A stretch of 64,000 bases of DNA from Spirochaetota bacterium (GTDB lineage Bacteria > Spirochaetota > UBA4802 > UBA5550), in the NCBI GenBank assembly GCA_025457915.1, contig JALOTL010000014.1, forward strand, positions 5,156-69,155, given 5' to 3'. Positions 49,181-59,560 of the stretch are shown piece after piece (position 1 is the first letter of the stretch; each line of letters begins with the position of its first letter). The translations under genes were made by a program, and so were the position numbers. The notes beneath the pieces are model-generated. The model ran no database searches. It worked only from the letters and a program-made list of their open reading frames with translations, and was not told where the DNA came from.

Positions 49181-49513
49181 ATGGATATCGAAAAACGGCT
49201 GAAAAAGTACTACGGCATCAAGACGCGGGAAAGCGGAACGCCCGCTGATTTCAGCGCGGTAAAGCGCATGTGCCGTTTCGAGGCGCCGGCGCCGTTTTCC
49301 GGTTTAACCGTCAGCCTCCGTTTTTACGGCGCCGTGTGCCTTGTCCTGGCGGCGCTCGCGGTGTCCGGCTCGCTCTACACATCGCCCATACACGGGGTGA
49401 TGGACGGGGTCTTCCGGCCTTTCAATTCCGGGGACGCGGTATTCGCGGGCCTTAACGGCTTCAGGGTGCTTGTCCGGAAGGACCTGGAAAAAAATCAGGG
49501 AGAAAGAATATGA
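49181..49513 (+). CDS. Putative membrane-anchored anti-sigma factor
   Basis: It lies immediately downstream of the ECF sigma gene. It has a short cytoplasmic N-terminus, a single TM segment (AVCLVLAALAVSGSLY) and a short periplasmic tail. Confidence 0.45.
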   Translation: MDIEKRLKKYYGIKTRESGTPADFSAVKRMCRFEAPAPFSGLTVSLRFYGAVCLVLAALAVSGSLYTSPIHGVMDGVFRPFNSGDAVFAGLNGFRVLVRKDLEKNQGERI

Positions 49514-49959
49514 CTAAAATGTATTTCGTATGCGTGGCAATCATAGCCGGGATTTTCACAGGGGTCATGGCGCTCATCGGCGGGCTCGGGTATTTCTTCG
49601 ACCCGGCATCGGTCGCTTTCCTGTTCACGCCGGTGCTGTTCGTCCTCCTGACGAACTTCAGCCCGGGCGAAATTTTGAGGTCTTTCAGGGCGGCGATGTC
49701 CGGCTGCGACGCCGGCGCGGCTGAGCTCAGGAATTCGCTCCTCTTCTTCCGGACGGCGCAGAAGGCGCTGCTGGTGGTGGCGGTGCTCGGCTTCCTCACG
49801 GGCTTCATAACGATGGCGGCCGGCGAGAACGATTTGGGCAGGTTCAAGGTGGGGTTCGGCGTGGCGATCCTGGTCCTCTATTACGCGCTTGCCGGCATCA
49901 TGCTCGTCACGCTTCCCTTCACAAGCGCGCTGAAGAAGAAGCTGAACCGGCTCGGATAA
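49510..49959 (+). CDS. Hypothetical 4-TM membrane protein co-transcribed with the sigma/anti-sigma pair
   Basis: It overlaps the upstream stop (ATGA) and has four hydrophobic helices. Confidence 0.5.
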   Translation: MTKMYFVCVAIIAGIFTGVMALIGGLGYFFDPASVAFLFTPVLFVLLTNFSPGEILRSFRAAMSGCDAGAAELRNSLLFFRTAQKALLVVAVLGFLTGFITMAAGENDLGRFKVGFGVAILVLYYALAGIMLVTLPFTSALKKKLNRLG

Positions 49960-50660
49960 AACCGGTTATCCCGGTACGGCAGCCAGCGCCGGCTGCCGTA
50001 CCTTTTATCGAATTCCCCGCACTTCTCCGCGGATCATGTTACGGATGAATTCTTTTAAACTTGACGTGCCCGTAAAAAACCCGAAATAATAAAACACCGG
50101 GAATCCAGGCAGGAAAAGAAGCACGACAGGGACGAGAAAAGTCGTCAGAGGGAGATCGAACAGAGCCGCAGGACAACATCAGAATGGCAAGCTATAGAAA
50201 TTACAAGTACTGACCTGCGGTTTCACCGGGACGATTTTCCCAGCATCCTGAATATAACGATATCCATAATCGCCAGCAGGAACGCAACAGAACCGGATAC
50301 CAGCCTGACCTTTCCGGACTGCTCGGATGTCGGAAATAGTTCCATGCTCCCTGTGACCGCATATACTGCCGACAATACGCAGGCAGCCGAGCAGACCACA
50401 AGGACTGTGACTAAAATAATTCTTTTCATGTATTTAAGTTTTTCCCGTGAAATCCCCCGACGGCCAGTTACCCGCGCATCATTAAAAAAAACCGGGCCAT
50501 GGTTCAGGAGAATGCAGATAAGGCGATCCCGGCGGCTATCAACAGCATCGCGAACAACGATTTTTTAAACTGGGTATCCGTCACGGACATGATTCTTAAA
50601 ATATCCCTCACCTTTTCCCCCGGCTGCAATTATTCATGAAAAATACCTCCCGGTAATAAT

Positions 50661-51617
50661 TCAGTCGGCGAGCTCTTCCGGTTCCGCGATCTCGATATTG
50701 TTCCTCCTCAGGAATTCCCGGAACCCGTAGACCTTCCTGCCCAGGAATGTCATGGCGACCGCGTCCGCCGGGCAGTTGTTGACGCAGCCCATGCAGAGTA
50801 TGCATTTTTTCCTCTCGACCGAGCCCTCGCCCGGATGGATCGCCTGCACCGGGCAGCCTTTCTCGCACCTGAGGCACTGTATGCACCTCGTCCTGTCGAC
50901 CCGGTGCTCCCCAATGAGGAACCTGGTACCGGCTATCTGCGGGAGGTGCCTGAATATCGTGCCGGCCTCGAACCTCATTTCGGCCGGGAAAGGCGTGCCG
51001 CGCCGCACGGTCCCGAGAATGTCAGCCGCGCAGGCGCGGGCCCTGGCGTACGTTTCACCGTCCGGCAGGTTCCTGAATTTTAGTATCCGCGATTCGTTGC
51101 CCATGGACCAGGTGGGCGCGTAGGTCGACATGTTCCCGAAGAGGCCCATGCCCGCCGGAACGCCTCCCTTCCCCGCGAGGGCCTCGAGGATGGCGCAGGC
51201 CGTGTTGTGCTGGTTGTCGCCCTTGCCGCCGAAGGTCACGAAGGCGGCGACCGGGATGCCGTCGATCGCCGGAACCGAAGATATCCATTCCATGAGGTTG
51301 CCCGGCACGTCGAGGTAATAAACCGGCGAGCCCACCGCAATGATATCGTACGACGGCGCCGCGGCCGCGTCGATCTCACGGTAATCCGCGGTGGTGACCT
51401 TGAGTCCCTTCCTTTCCCATGCCCGAGCGATGATCCTTCCGATACGCCTCGTGTGGCCGGTCTGGCTGTACCAGACGACAAGCGCCTTTTTCGGTTTCCC
51501 GAATTTCATCGCGGGACGCGGCTTTTCCTCCGAAAAGAGGCCCGCGCCCGGAATGGAAAGGGCCGCTGCGGCCGCGGCTGTTTTAATTATGAATGATTTC
51601 CTTGTTTCCCTGGACAT
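50661..51617 (-). CDS. Tat-exported flavodoxin-fold plus 2x[4Fe-4S] ferredoxin-domain protein
   Basis: A twin-arginine-like signal (SRETRKSFIIKTAAAAAALS) is present. The flavodoxin-like part (VVWYSQTGHTRRI) is followed by C-terminal CIQCLRCEKGCP and CILCMGCVNNCP motifs. Confidence 0.7.
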   Translation of the reverse strand: MSRETRKSFIIKTAAAAAALSIPGAGLFSEEKPRPAMKFGKPKKALVVWYSQTGHTRRIGRIIARAWERKGLKVTTADYREIDAAAAPSYDIIAVGSPVYYLDVPGNLMEWISSVPAIDGIPVAAFVTFGGKGDNQHNTACAILEALAGKGGVPAGMGLFGNMSTYAPTWSMGNESRILKFRNLPDGETYARARACAADILGTVRRGTPFPAEMRFEAGTIFRHLPQIAGTRFLIGEHRVDRTRCIQCLRCEKGCPVQAIHPGEGSVERKKCILCMGCVNNCPADAVAMTFLGRKVYGFREFLRRNNIEIAEPEELAD

Positions 51618-52739
51618 GCCGTCTATCCCCCTTATTCAACTATTTCAACCGGTATACCGGCATCAATCATTGTAGATGCCATCGATGATTCCGCTGAATT
51701 TTTTTCTATGGCCTTTCTTTATATCTTCATGGTCGGGGTCAGGTCCCCTGGCATCATGTACATGAGGGTTTTTCCCCTTTCACGGTGTTCCGCGAGCACT
51801 TTTGCATAATCCCTATCCATCGTTCCCCTTCCAGGAATTAAATTTTTCATGAACTCGCTATCGCTGAAGCGGCCGGAAAGCCCGTCTGCACTATGGATAA
51901 TAAGGGAATTGGATAAATGAAGGCAACAACAAATTCACGTGCCCCGCCGCCGCTCACGGATCATCAGTATAAATATATATTGAAATATCCGTCCGATCAG
52001 GTCACCATGAGCCATACCGCTGCATGATCCAGAGCGATATGCAGACATTAATTAAAATACGGTGACAGGAAATGAAACGTAAGGGCCCCAGAGACCGGCT
52101 GGCAGGGGACGGAAAAAAAATTCGTGAATAGCGCCCTCTCCGGGCGCACTGCTGATGCCGGCGAAGCGCACCCCGGCCGACGGAGAGCGCTTCGAGGTTT
52201 TCAACATGCCCTTTCCTTTCCGAATGACGCTGCCACGGAAGCCTGAACACGCGCGTGGCCCGCCATCTGTTCGACAGGCTCAACGGAAACATGGTCCTTC
52301 CCCGCGCGCCGCTCGGGCGCAATCAAAGCTGTCGTGATTGAATGCGAAGAAATGTATTTCGAAGTGGCGCCTTCTATCTCCACCAGTAAGGAGACATGAT
52401 CCGGTATTGACCGCCATATCCTCGGCGCGCCGTTTCAGAATTTAAAAAAGCAGATCCGCCCCATGGCAATGGGCGGGTATTCATGGCATACCCATCACAC
52501 GGGTTTTCGATTTGAATCAATCGAACACGATAAACGCAGGCCGTCCCGCGCAATAAATAAACACCACGGGAAAAATCCGGCGGCGGCATACGGATTCAAA
52601 TCCCGGCATGCGGGTGCATGCCGGCCTTGGCCGGATTCCCGTGAATGACATTCCCGAATGTGTTATTCTACGGCATTACGGATGCCGTTCCGGAAAACAA
52701 TAAATTTCCAGGAAACGATAACGGCAGGAATACAGTTTA

Positions 52740-53012
52740 TTAATATCGCTGGGTTCTGCGAGGTCTATCTTCCTTGGGTTTTGCTACGTTTACCTTGATG
52801 TTTCTTCCTTCGATTTCTTTGCCATCGAGCTCTTTGATAGCTTCGTCGCCTTCCGACTGGTTCGGCATTTCAACGAATCCGAAGCCTTTTGAACGACCGG
52901 TTTCCCTGTCGATGACGATTTTGCTTTCCGATACGGAACCGAAAGCCTTGAACAACTTCTCCAGATCTTCATCCGTCATTTTATAAGACAGATTTCCCAC
53001 ATAAATATTCAT
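52740..53012 (-). CDS. RRM-domain RNA-binding protein
   Basis: RNP2 is MNIYVGNLSY and RNP1 is KGFGFVEM. The product is 90 aa with a C-terminal basic tail. Confidence 0.85.
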   Translation of the reverse strand: MNIYVGNLSYKMTDEDLEKLFKAFGSVSESKIVIDRETGRSKGFGFVEMPNQSEGDEAIKELDGKEIEGRNIKVNVAKPKEDRPRRTQRY

Positions 53013-53253
53013 CTTCACCTTTCTCCTTAGAATGCAGAATGCTTGATAATTGATTATTACCAAATTTAACAATCAATTACACATATGGTATTAATTGTCA
53101 AGAATGAATCGTTTTTAATGCATCTTTACACGGCAATTTCCTTAATCATCCAGGGCGTTATTTCATCGAAAAATCTTGCGAGTTACCCTTAATTTGAAGA
53201 ATATGGCCGGTTTTAGGAATTAACCGGATGATGAATCGGATTCATCCTGCCCT

Positions 53254-54450
53254 TTAAAACAGTGCCGATGGGCCGATTTTAAGCATGCCGTAAATGCTCC
53301 TTGCGTTCATCATTTTCCTGAACAGGGAATTTACTGAAATATTGACTTCATCGCCAAGGGCCCACAGGACCTTTTCCAGCAAAAAATGGGTTTTAAAGGT
53401 AAAATTTGAGCTGTTTAGAGTCATTGTGCAGCCGTAGCAATAGGTCAGCAGGTCTTTTTTCCCGGCCGCCCTTATATCCTTCCTTTTAATAATGCCGGCG
53501 TCCAGGACATCCTTTATCTTCCCCTTCCTGTACAGCGCGTTGATCCCGCAGCATGCCGCGTCTTTCCCGCCGTGCGCGAGCGGGGTTATTTTAATGCCGA
53601 TATGCCCGCACAGCCTGCCGATCGATTCCGCGAAATTTTCGTCAAATACGCCGCCGAAGCATGAATCCGAGACCGCGGCATCGATATTCAATTTCCTCAT
53701 GACCGGGATCTTTCCCAGGGTTATCTGCTCTTCAAGGTATTCATAAATAGAAATGGTTTGAAAAGGGAAATCCATTCCCAGGTAATCCGGGTAATAAGAA
53801 ACGAAGGTTTCCTGGCAAGATCCGCATAATACTATTATGCGGCTGAATTTCGACTTCGAGAGTGTTTTGATCAAGTCGGAGGCAATGACTTTCGCTTCAT
53901 CGAACAGGCCGCTTTTCACGGCTATGTTCCCGCAGCAGTCGTTTCCGCCGCCGAATTTCGGGATATCCGCTAAAATTTTTGAATTCTCGATATAATCCGG
54001 GAACATCCGGCTCACGCATCCGCACCATATGATGTCGCCGGATTCCTTCGGCTTTCCCCATTTTTCAAGGATATCCTTCTGTTTTTTATTGTGGGATTTG
54101 TAGACGTCCAGGTAAAAATTGCTTCCCCGGTCACTCCCGCTCATCCCGTTTATCATGTACTCGATCGGGAGCGGGAGGCTTTTTTCATTTTTTCTTCTAT
54201 CGTTAAAGCGCTGAAGCAGCAGGGCCATGGGATTCGCTCCGGCCGGGCACAGGCGGTTGCACCTCGAGCACATGACGCAATGATCCAGGTAATAATCGCA
54301 GTCGGTGCCGTCCATCAGATCATTTATGCCGCGCTTCGCTTCGGCCGGATCAAGGTCCTGGTAAAAGCAGTCCCGGAGGCATATTCCGCATTTCCTGCAT
54401 TTGTCCGGCCTGAAGGAATCAATGAATGATTTATTCCCGTTAATTTTCAT
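53254..54450 (-). CDS. (Fe-S)-binding protein with N-terminal 4Fe-4S clusters and CCG domains (HdrD/GlcF-like)
   Basis: The clusters CRKCGICLRDC and CVMCSRCNRLCP are followed by Cys-rich CCG-type motifs (IIWCGCV, NDCCGN, LCGSCQ, ACCGINA). Confidence 0.65.
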   Translation of the reverse strand: MKINGNKSFIDSFRPDKCRKCGICLRDCFYQDLDPAEAKRGINDLMDGTDCDYYLDHCVMCSRCNRLCPAGANPMALLLQRFNDRRKNEKSLPLPIEYMINGMSGSDRGSNFYLDVYKSHNKKQKDILEKWGKPKESGDIIWCGCVSRMFPDYIENSKILADIPKFGGGNDCCGNIAVKSGLFDEAKVIASDLIKTLSKSKFSRIIVLCGSCQETFVSYYPDYLGMDFPFQTISIYEYLEEQITLGKIPVMRKLNIDAAVSDSCFGGVFDENFAESIGRLCGHIGIKITPLAHGGKDAACCGINALYRKGKIKDVLDAGIIKRKDIRAAGKKDLLTYCYGCTMTLNSSNFTFKTHFLLEKVLWALGDEVNISVNSLFRKMMNARSIYGMLKIGPSALF

Positions 54451-54722
54451 TTCAAGGCTGCCGCGGCTTCATTATCGATTGACGGTTCAAAGAAAACTTT
54501 ATTATATGCGTTTTTATTCACCTGGATGATGCCCTGTTGTTTTCATTCCCGTGACTATTGAACATCCTGGTTGTAAAATGAATCCATAAAAAATGATGAC
54601 GGCATAGCGAGGGCGCCGGTACAATTGATTTGAAATTCCTGATGCCGCACCCCCATGTCACTTCGTAAAAAAAGTTCCAGCAAAAAATTGATGCTTGAGG
54701 ATTCCGTACACGAAGTGAAAGG

Positions 54723-56237
54723 TCATATAATGTCCATGCATATCAGGCATATATCATCATCAAAAGTATCCGCCTTTCTGTAAGCGACAAGCTCCTCCAT
54801 CAGTTTATCAAGAAATTTATCGCAGGGAAGACCGTGATTGTCGATAAAGACCTGCCCCATGTGCGCGTATTCAAACAGTGTATCATCGTCGACCGGCCTT
54901 GCTTCGACAAGACCGTCGGTGTAAAGAAGCAGTTTGCTACCGGCCTGGAAAAATTCCATGTGGTTTTCAAATTTTTTATTGGCCCGGGCAAGCATGTTGT
55001 TCGAAAACATGGCAATGGCCGTGTTCTTTCCGCCCTGGAGCTGTTTCACATCTTTATCGGTAATTATATAGGGCTGGTTATGCCCCGCGTTTGCGTACAG
55101 GAAGGATTTTTCACACGGATCATAGATCCCGCAGAATGCCGTCACGAAATTTCCAGCGGTCTGGCTCTGCAGGACCTCGTTCATATGATAAAGCAGGGAT
55201 GCCGGGTCGTATATAAGGTCCCCCGCCTGGAGGATGATGGTTTTAATCATCGATGTTATAAAGGCGGCCGGGACCCCGTGACCCGAGACGTCACTGAGAA
55301 ATATTCCGATGTTGTCCGAATCCTTGAATGATATGAAATTATAAAAATCGCCCCCGAGCTGTTCCATGGGTTTATACACGGATGATATGAACGGCACGGG
55401 CGTAGTATCCGGTATTAATTTTTTCTGGATTTTTCTCGCCAGTATTATTTCATGCTCCATTATCTGGTTTCTGGACTGCAGTTTGTTTCTTTCGATTTCC
55501 AGCTCGAGGGTCCTTTCCCTGACTATATTTTCAAGCATGGTGCTGTATGTTTTCAGCATGTTGAAATTATTATTGTCCTCCTGTATAAAATCCATGAACA
55601 TATAAAGGACGTAAATAAAAAACAGGAATTCAATTATCATCGGGAATTGATATATTTTATGCGCGACCGAGAAGTCATTGATCCCCCCGACTATGCCGAC
55701 AAGGCTGAATATTAAAGATGCGACCCTGTTTTTTAAGTTCTTTTCATGGAAAATACTCCTGTAAATCGTAAACAGGAAAATCATTATATAGCCGAAAGAA
55801 TATATCGTATAGGCCAGGTTGGTTTTAGCAAACCGGTAATCAAAAGTCATGAAATACGCATTGATCTGCAGATGCGTAATCGGATACGAGGTGAAGATAT
55901 CAAACGGGATGATGAATAGATACGCAAAAGAGAAATATAGATAAAAATTGACGATTTTATTTCTTTTCAGGTAGGCGGTATAAATCGTCAATAATGTCGA
56001 CGACGAACAAATCAGCGCCCCGACCATTTTCAGCTTGTGAAGTATCAGTATGGTTGAATCAGAATAATCATTCGACAGCAGCAATTCGAACAATATAAAA
56101 ATAGCGGCCCCGAGGCTTGACAGGCTGAAATAAAAATATTTATCGATGGCCTTATATATTTTCAAGACCCTGATAAAATAATAAACGGCGATAAATATTA
56201 AGATAGAAGAAAGAGATATTAAAATTAATTTATACAT
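54723..56237 (-). CDS. 7TM-sensor PP2C/SpoIIE-family serine phosphatase
   Basis: A roughly 230-aa N-terminal domain with 7 hydrophobic helices is followed by a coiled coil. The PP2C motifs are ...QLGGDFYNFISF...IFLSDVSGHGVPAAFITSM...YTDGLVEA. Confidence 0.8.
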   Translation of the reverse strand: MYKLILISLSSILIFIAVYYFIRVLKIYKAIDKYFYFSLSSLGAAIFILFELLLSNDYSDSTILILHKLKMVGALICSSSTLLTIYTAYLKRNKIVNFYLYFSFAYLFIIPFDIFTSYPITHLQINAYFMTFDYRFAKTNLAYTIYSFGYIMIFLFTIYRSIFHEKNLKNRVASLIFSLVGIVGGINDFSVAHKIYQFPMIIEFLFFIYVLYMFMDFIQEDNNNFNMLKTYSTMLENIVRERTLELEIERNKLQSRNQIMEHEIILARKIQKKLIPDTTPVPFISSVYKPMEQLGGDFYNFISFKDSDNIGIFLSDVSGHGVPAAFITSMIKTIILQAGDLIYDPASLLYHMNEVLQSQTAGNFVTAFCGIYDPCEKSFLYANAGHNQPYIITDKDVKQLQGGKNTAIAMFSNNMLARANKKFENHMEFFQAGSKLLLYTDGLVEARPVDDDTLFEYAHMGQVFIDNHGLPCDKFLDKLMEELVAYRKADTFDDDICLICMDII

Positions 56238-56519
56238 AAAAATTAAATCAATAAACGCAAATACACAGTATCAAATCCAAATAAAGGGCGCACCAGGATA
56301 CAGCGCCCGTTCCATCAGATCATTTATTACGGTAATTCATCTATGCATCCCAAAAGAGTTGATGGATGAAGTGTGTATATTAACCGGCTGGTTTTACAAA
56401 AAGTCAATCTCTATTTAAATCGTTCAAGGCTTTTCAAGAAGTTCAAAAGCGGGACGCTTTGGTGAAAATAAAAAAAAACGGACGCCTGGGCGTCCGTCAT
56501 TTACCGGAGAGAATCGGTT

Positions 56520-56726
56520 TCAGTCCTTGTCGTTTTCGATTTCCTTCATGAGGCTGTCGGCCGTGGACTTGGCGTTCCCCGCGTTGATCAGCTTTTCAGC
56601 CATCTTTGCGGCCTCGAGGACCGATATGGCCTTGTCTATAGTCACGCCGCTTTCTTCCATCTTCTTGCACCCGAAGGCGCCCATGACGGCTGCGGCAAGG
56701 ATTATAAGTGCAAATCTTTTCAGCAT
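56520..56726 (-). CDS. Small lipoprotein (68 aa)
   Basis: The lipobox is MGAFGC. The region is low-complexity and Lys/Ala-rich. Confidence 0.4.
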   Translation of the reverse strand: MLKRFALIILAAAVMGAFGCKKMEESGVTIDKAISVLEAAKMAEKLINAGNAKSTADSLMKEIENDKD

Positions 56727-56738
56727 CGTTTTTCCTCC

Positions 56739-57125
56739 TTATTTTTTCTCTTCAGGCTTGTTGATGCGCTCAAGCGCCTTATTGTGGCGTGTAAGCTCCT
56801 TTTGCCTCAGCATGATTGCTTTCGCGGTGAGGTCCTTGTCCTTCTTTTCCGCGCCCAGTTTCGTTATCCTGTCTATCTTTGCCATGCGCTGCGCGTGCTT
56901 GTTGTTTTCCTTGACCAGCTTGGCCTGCTTTGCATCGGCTTTTTTGTCCTCTTTCTTGTCGCCCTTGGCCTCTTTGGCGTCTTTCTTGCTTTCCTTGTCA
57001 GCCTTCTCTATCTCCTTCTTGAGCATCTCCTTGGCCTTCTCGTTTTTTGCGCCCGCGGGAGCGCTGAAGGCGAGGGCCAGGCAGCCTGCCAGAATGACGG
57101 TCATGAAAATTTTAAAATGCTTCAT
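56739..57125 (-). CDS. Secreted Lys/Glu-rich low-complexity protein
   Basis: The signal peptide is MKHFKIFMTVILAGCLALAFSAPAGA. It is followed by KEAK/KKDK repeats. Confidence 0.45.
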   Translation of the reverse strand: MKHFKIFMTVILAGCLALAFSAPAGAKNEKAKEMLKKEIEKADKESKKDAKEAKGDKKEDKKADAKQAKLVKENNKHAQRMAKIDRITKLGAEKKDKDLTAKAIMLRQKELTRHNKALERINKPEEKK

Positions 57126-57241
57126 TGACTTCTTCTTCCTCCTATAAAAAAATTTTTTAATGCCTAAATGGAACAGGAAAAGAAACTTATCATCCGGATT
57201 CCCGGATGTCAAGTTATTTAATTATCATTTTCCGCGGCCTT

Positions 57242-57976
57242 TTAAACCGCTATTTTAACGACTAAAAAGGCCGTGATATTTACGGCAAATAGAATGTAAA
57301 ACCACTTCAGGTCCGGGACGAAAACATTTTCCTCTATAATGCGGTTTACCGTCCTCTTGGCCGCTCCGGAAACAGTCTCCATCTCAAGCTCGCCGCTTCC
57401 CGCGCCCAGCTCCTCGACGACGTCGGTCAGTATGCCGCCGAAGTCGATCCTGTCCATGAGTTTCCCCGCCAGGAGCCTCATGGGCCACGGCAAGTTCTCG
57501 AGGCCGGCGATGAACCGCGGCAGGACCTCGAGGATCCTGGACCCGGTCACGGCCTTCTTCATCCCGCCGGCCGTCCCCTTTTCAGCCGCGTAATCGAAAA
57601 GCCTGTCTATCATGTAGTCGGTCACGAAGTCCCTGTTGTCGTTTATCACGTAATGGACCGCCTTCGTCACCCCGTGCTTTTTACCGAGTACAAGGTACAC
57701 GGCGGGAAAGCCGATCCCGAAGCCCAGGATCATCAGGGTCACCGGCCAGCACGCGATCATGAGCGTGACAAGAGCGATGACCGCTCCCGCGGGACCGGCG
57801 CCAGCAATCGGCATGCCCGGCACCCCTTTAAGGACGGCTCCCATCTCCGGTGCAAGGATGACCAGGAATATTATATTCAGCAGGACGGCAAACAGGAAGA
57901 AGCCGGCGGCCCTGCTTAAAATATAAAACGAGCACCTGGATACCGTTTTAAGGATTTTTAAAGCATCCAATTTCAT
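57242..57976 (-). CDS. Hypothetical membrane protein
   Basis: The 244-aa product has several hydrophobic helices. No family was recognised. Confidence 0.5.
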   Translation of the reverse strand: MKLDALKILKTVSRCSFYILSRAAGFFLFAVLLNIIFLVILAPEMGAVLKGVPGMPIAGAGPAGAVIALVTLMIACWPVTLMILGFGIGFPAVYLVLGKKHGVTKAVHYVINDNRDFVTDYMIDRLFDYAAEKGTAGGMKKAVTGSRILEVLPRFIAGLENLPWPMRLLAGKLMDRIDFGGILTDVVEELGAGSGELEMETVSGAAKRTVNRIIEENVFVPDLKWFYILFAVNITAFLVVKIAV

Positions 57977-58059
57977 ACTCTGCCCCCTGAAAATTTTTCA
58001 TTAATTATCATCATACCGGATATAATATATATCAAGCGGAATACCGCAGGAGCGGCATT

Positions 58060-58512
58060 TCATCCTTTTTCGGCCCGTTCCTTCAGGATCAGGCAGTAGG
58101 CATCAAAGGCCGTTTTCAGCTTTTTTGCATAGAGCAGGTAAACAAGGGGCGCCAGCGGACCGTGGAACTCCTCGTAATTTACAAATAACGTCGCCCCGCC
58201 GGGATGGTCCCCGCATATCTGCCACCTGAAGCTTTTTATCCCCGGCCGGCCCCTGGTGCGCGAGGTGCCCATGCAGAATGAATTCTCCCCGGGCCTTATC
58301 TCGAGTATCATTTCATGTTCGTTTCTGAGGAGCTTCCTGTCGGTCATCCGGCAGTCCAGGTCGAATTCGGCCCCGGTACTGAAATCCTCGTTCCGCAGGG
58401 TGATCCGCGGTGTGAAGCTGTTCCACTCCGGATACCTGTCGAAATCCGTAATTATCGAATAGACCCTTGACGGGCCCGCGTTTATGATTATTTCCGACAA
58501 AACCCGTTTCAT
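58060..58512 (-). CDS. SRPBCC (START/Bet v1-like, polyketide-cyclase fold) domain protein
   Basis: The motifs ...SEIIINAGPSRVYSIITDFDRYPEWN... are typical of the SRPBCC superfamily. The start is chosen at MKRVLSE. Confidence 0.55.
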   Translation of the reverse strand: MKRVLSEIIINAGPSRVYSIITDFDRYPEWNSFTPRITLRNEDFSTGAEFDLDCRMTDRKLLRNEHEMILEIRPGENSFCMGTSRTRGRPGIKSFRWQICGDHPGGATLFVNYEEFHGPLAPLVYLLYAKKLKTAFDAYCLILKERAEKG

Positions 58513-58540
58513 GTTTTTCGTCCCTCCCCCCGTATTTTCG

Positions 58541-59428
58541 TCACGGCGCATCCGTCCGGCCGCAGTATCCGCCCAGGAGAAATCCCTCCACAAGGTCGGC
58601 AGCCATACCCGCCCCCCTTTCATTCAGGTGTATGAAATCGGTCAGCAGGATGAAGCCGTATTTGTCCGAAATCTCCGTGTAGTCCATGCGCAGTATGTGC
58701 CGCCTGATCAGGCCCATGTACATTGCCGCCGGGTAGTCCCTCTCGTACCTGCCGCGCGCCCTTGCGCCCGATCCGGCAACCGTCTCCCTCATCCTCTCGT
58801 TCAGCGGCAGATAGGCTGCGCCGAATTTCCGCGCCGTTTCCCTCGCGACAGCGGCATAGCGTGCGGACCCGGTGAAGCCCGCTGAACCCGGGTCCTCGCC
58901 GATGACCGGTATCGACATGACTGCGATCCTGGCGCGGGTCTTTCCCCGGAGACCGGAACAGATTTTTTCCATGTTTTCCCTGTACCACCCTATATCGGGC
59001 CTTTTCGGAAGGGCCATGTTCCTGATGTAGTGCTTCATGCCGGACTGGCTCAGCGTCGCGTTCAGGTCGTTGGTCCCTATGAGGACCACGACGAAGTCAG
59101 GCCTGCACCCGGCGACCTCCCCGATCCTCAGGGAGGCGTTGTACGCGAGCTCGGTGTTGACTCCCGCGTTCACGAATTCATATCCCTTACCCATCATCCT
59201 TGACGAGAGCATGTCAACGAAATTGGCGCTTACCGAGCCGCGGGTAACGCTGTCCCCGAGACAGACCACCGTCCTGCTCCCGGGCGCGGCCCGCTTTGCA
59301 AGAAAGGCTGCCGGGCTGTTGGGAGCGGGCTCATGCAATTTTTTATTCATGTAAAAATAGGACGCCGCAAGGAACCCCGCGGGAAATATAAGGACTGCCG
59401 CGGCGGCGGCTATGATCTTTTTTTTCAT
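58541..59428 (-). CDS. Secreted SGNH/GDSL-family hydrolase
   Basis: A signal peptide or anchor is present. Block I is VVCLGDSVTRG, block III is LIGTNDL, and block V is DFIHLNERG (DxxH). Confidence 0.7.
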   Translation of the reverse strand: MKKKIIAAAAAVLIFPAGFLAASYFYMNKKLHEPAPNSPAAFLAKRAAPGSRTVVCLGDSVTRGSVSANFVDMLSSRMMGKGYEFVNAGVNTELAYNASLRIGEVAGCRPDFVVVLIGTNDLNATLSQSGMKHYIRNMALPKRPDIGWYRENMEKICSGLRGKTRARIAVMSIPVIGEDPGSAGFTGSARYAAVARETARKFGAAYLPLNERMRETVAGSGARARGRYERDYPAAMYMGLIRRHILRMDYTEISDKYGFILLTDFIHLNERGAGMAADLVEGFLLGGYCGRTDAP

Positions 59429-59560
59429 TATCTGTCGCCTTCTTGAACGGTTGCGTCTGAGTATTTCACGGCCCTGACGGGAGGTCAATACATTTAACGC
59501 GCCCGGACATGCATCCCGGCCAATATTTATTCTTGACGAAATATCCTTTGATTGTAATCT

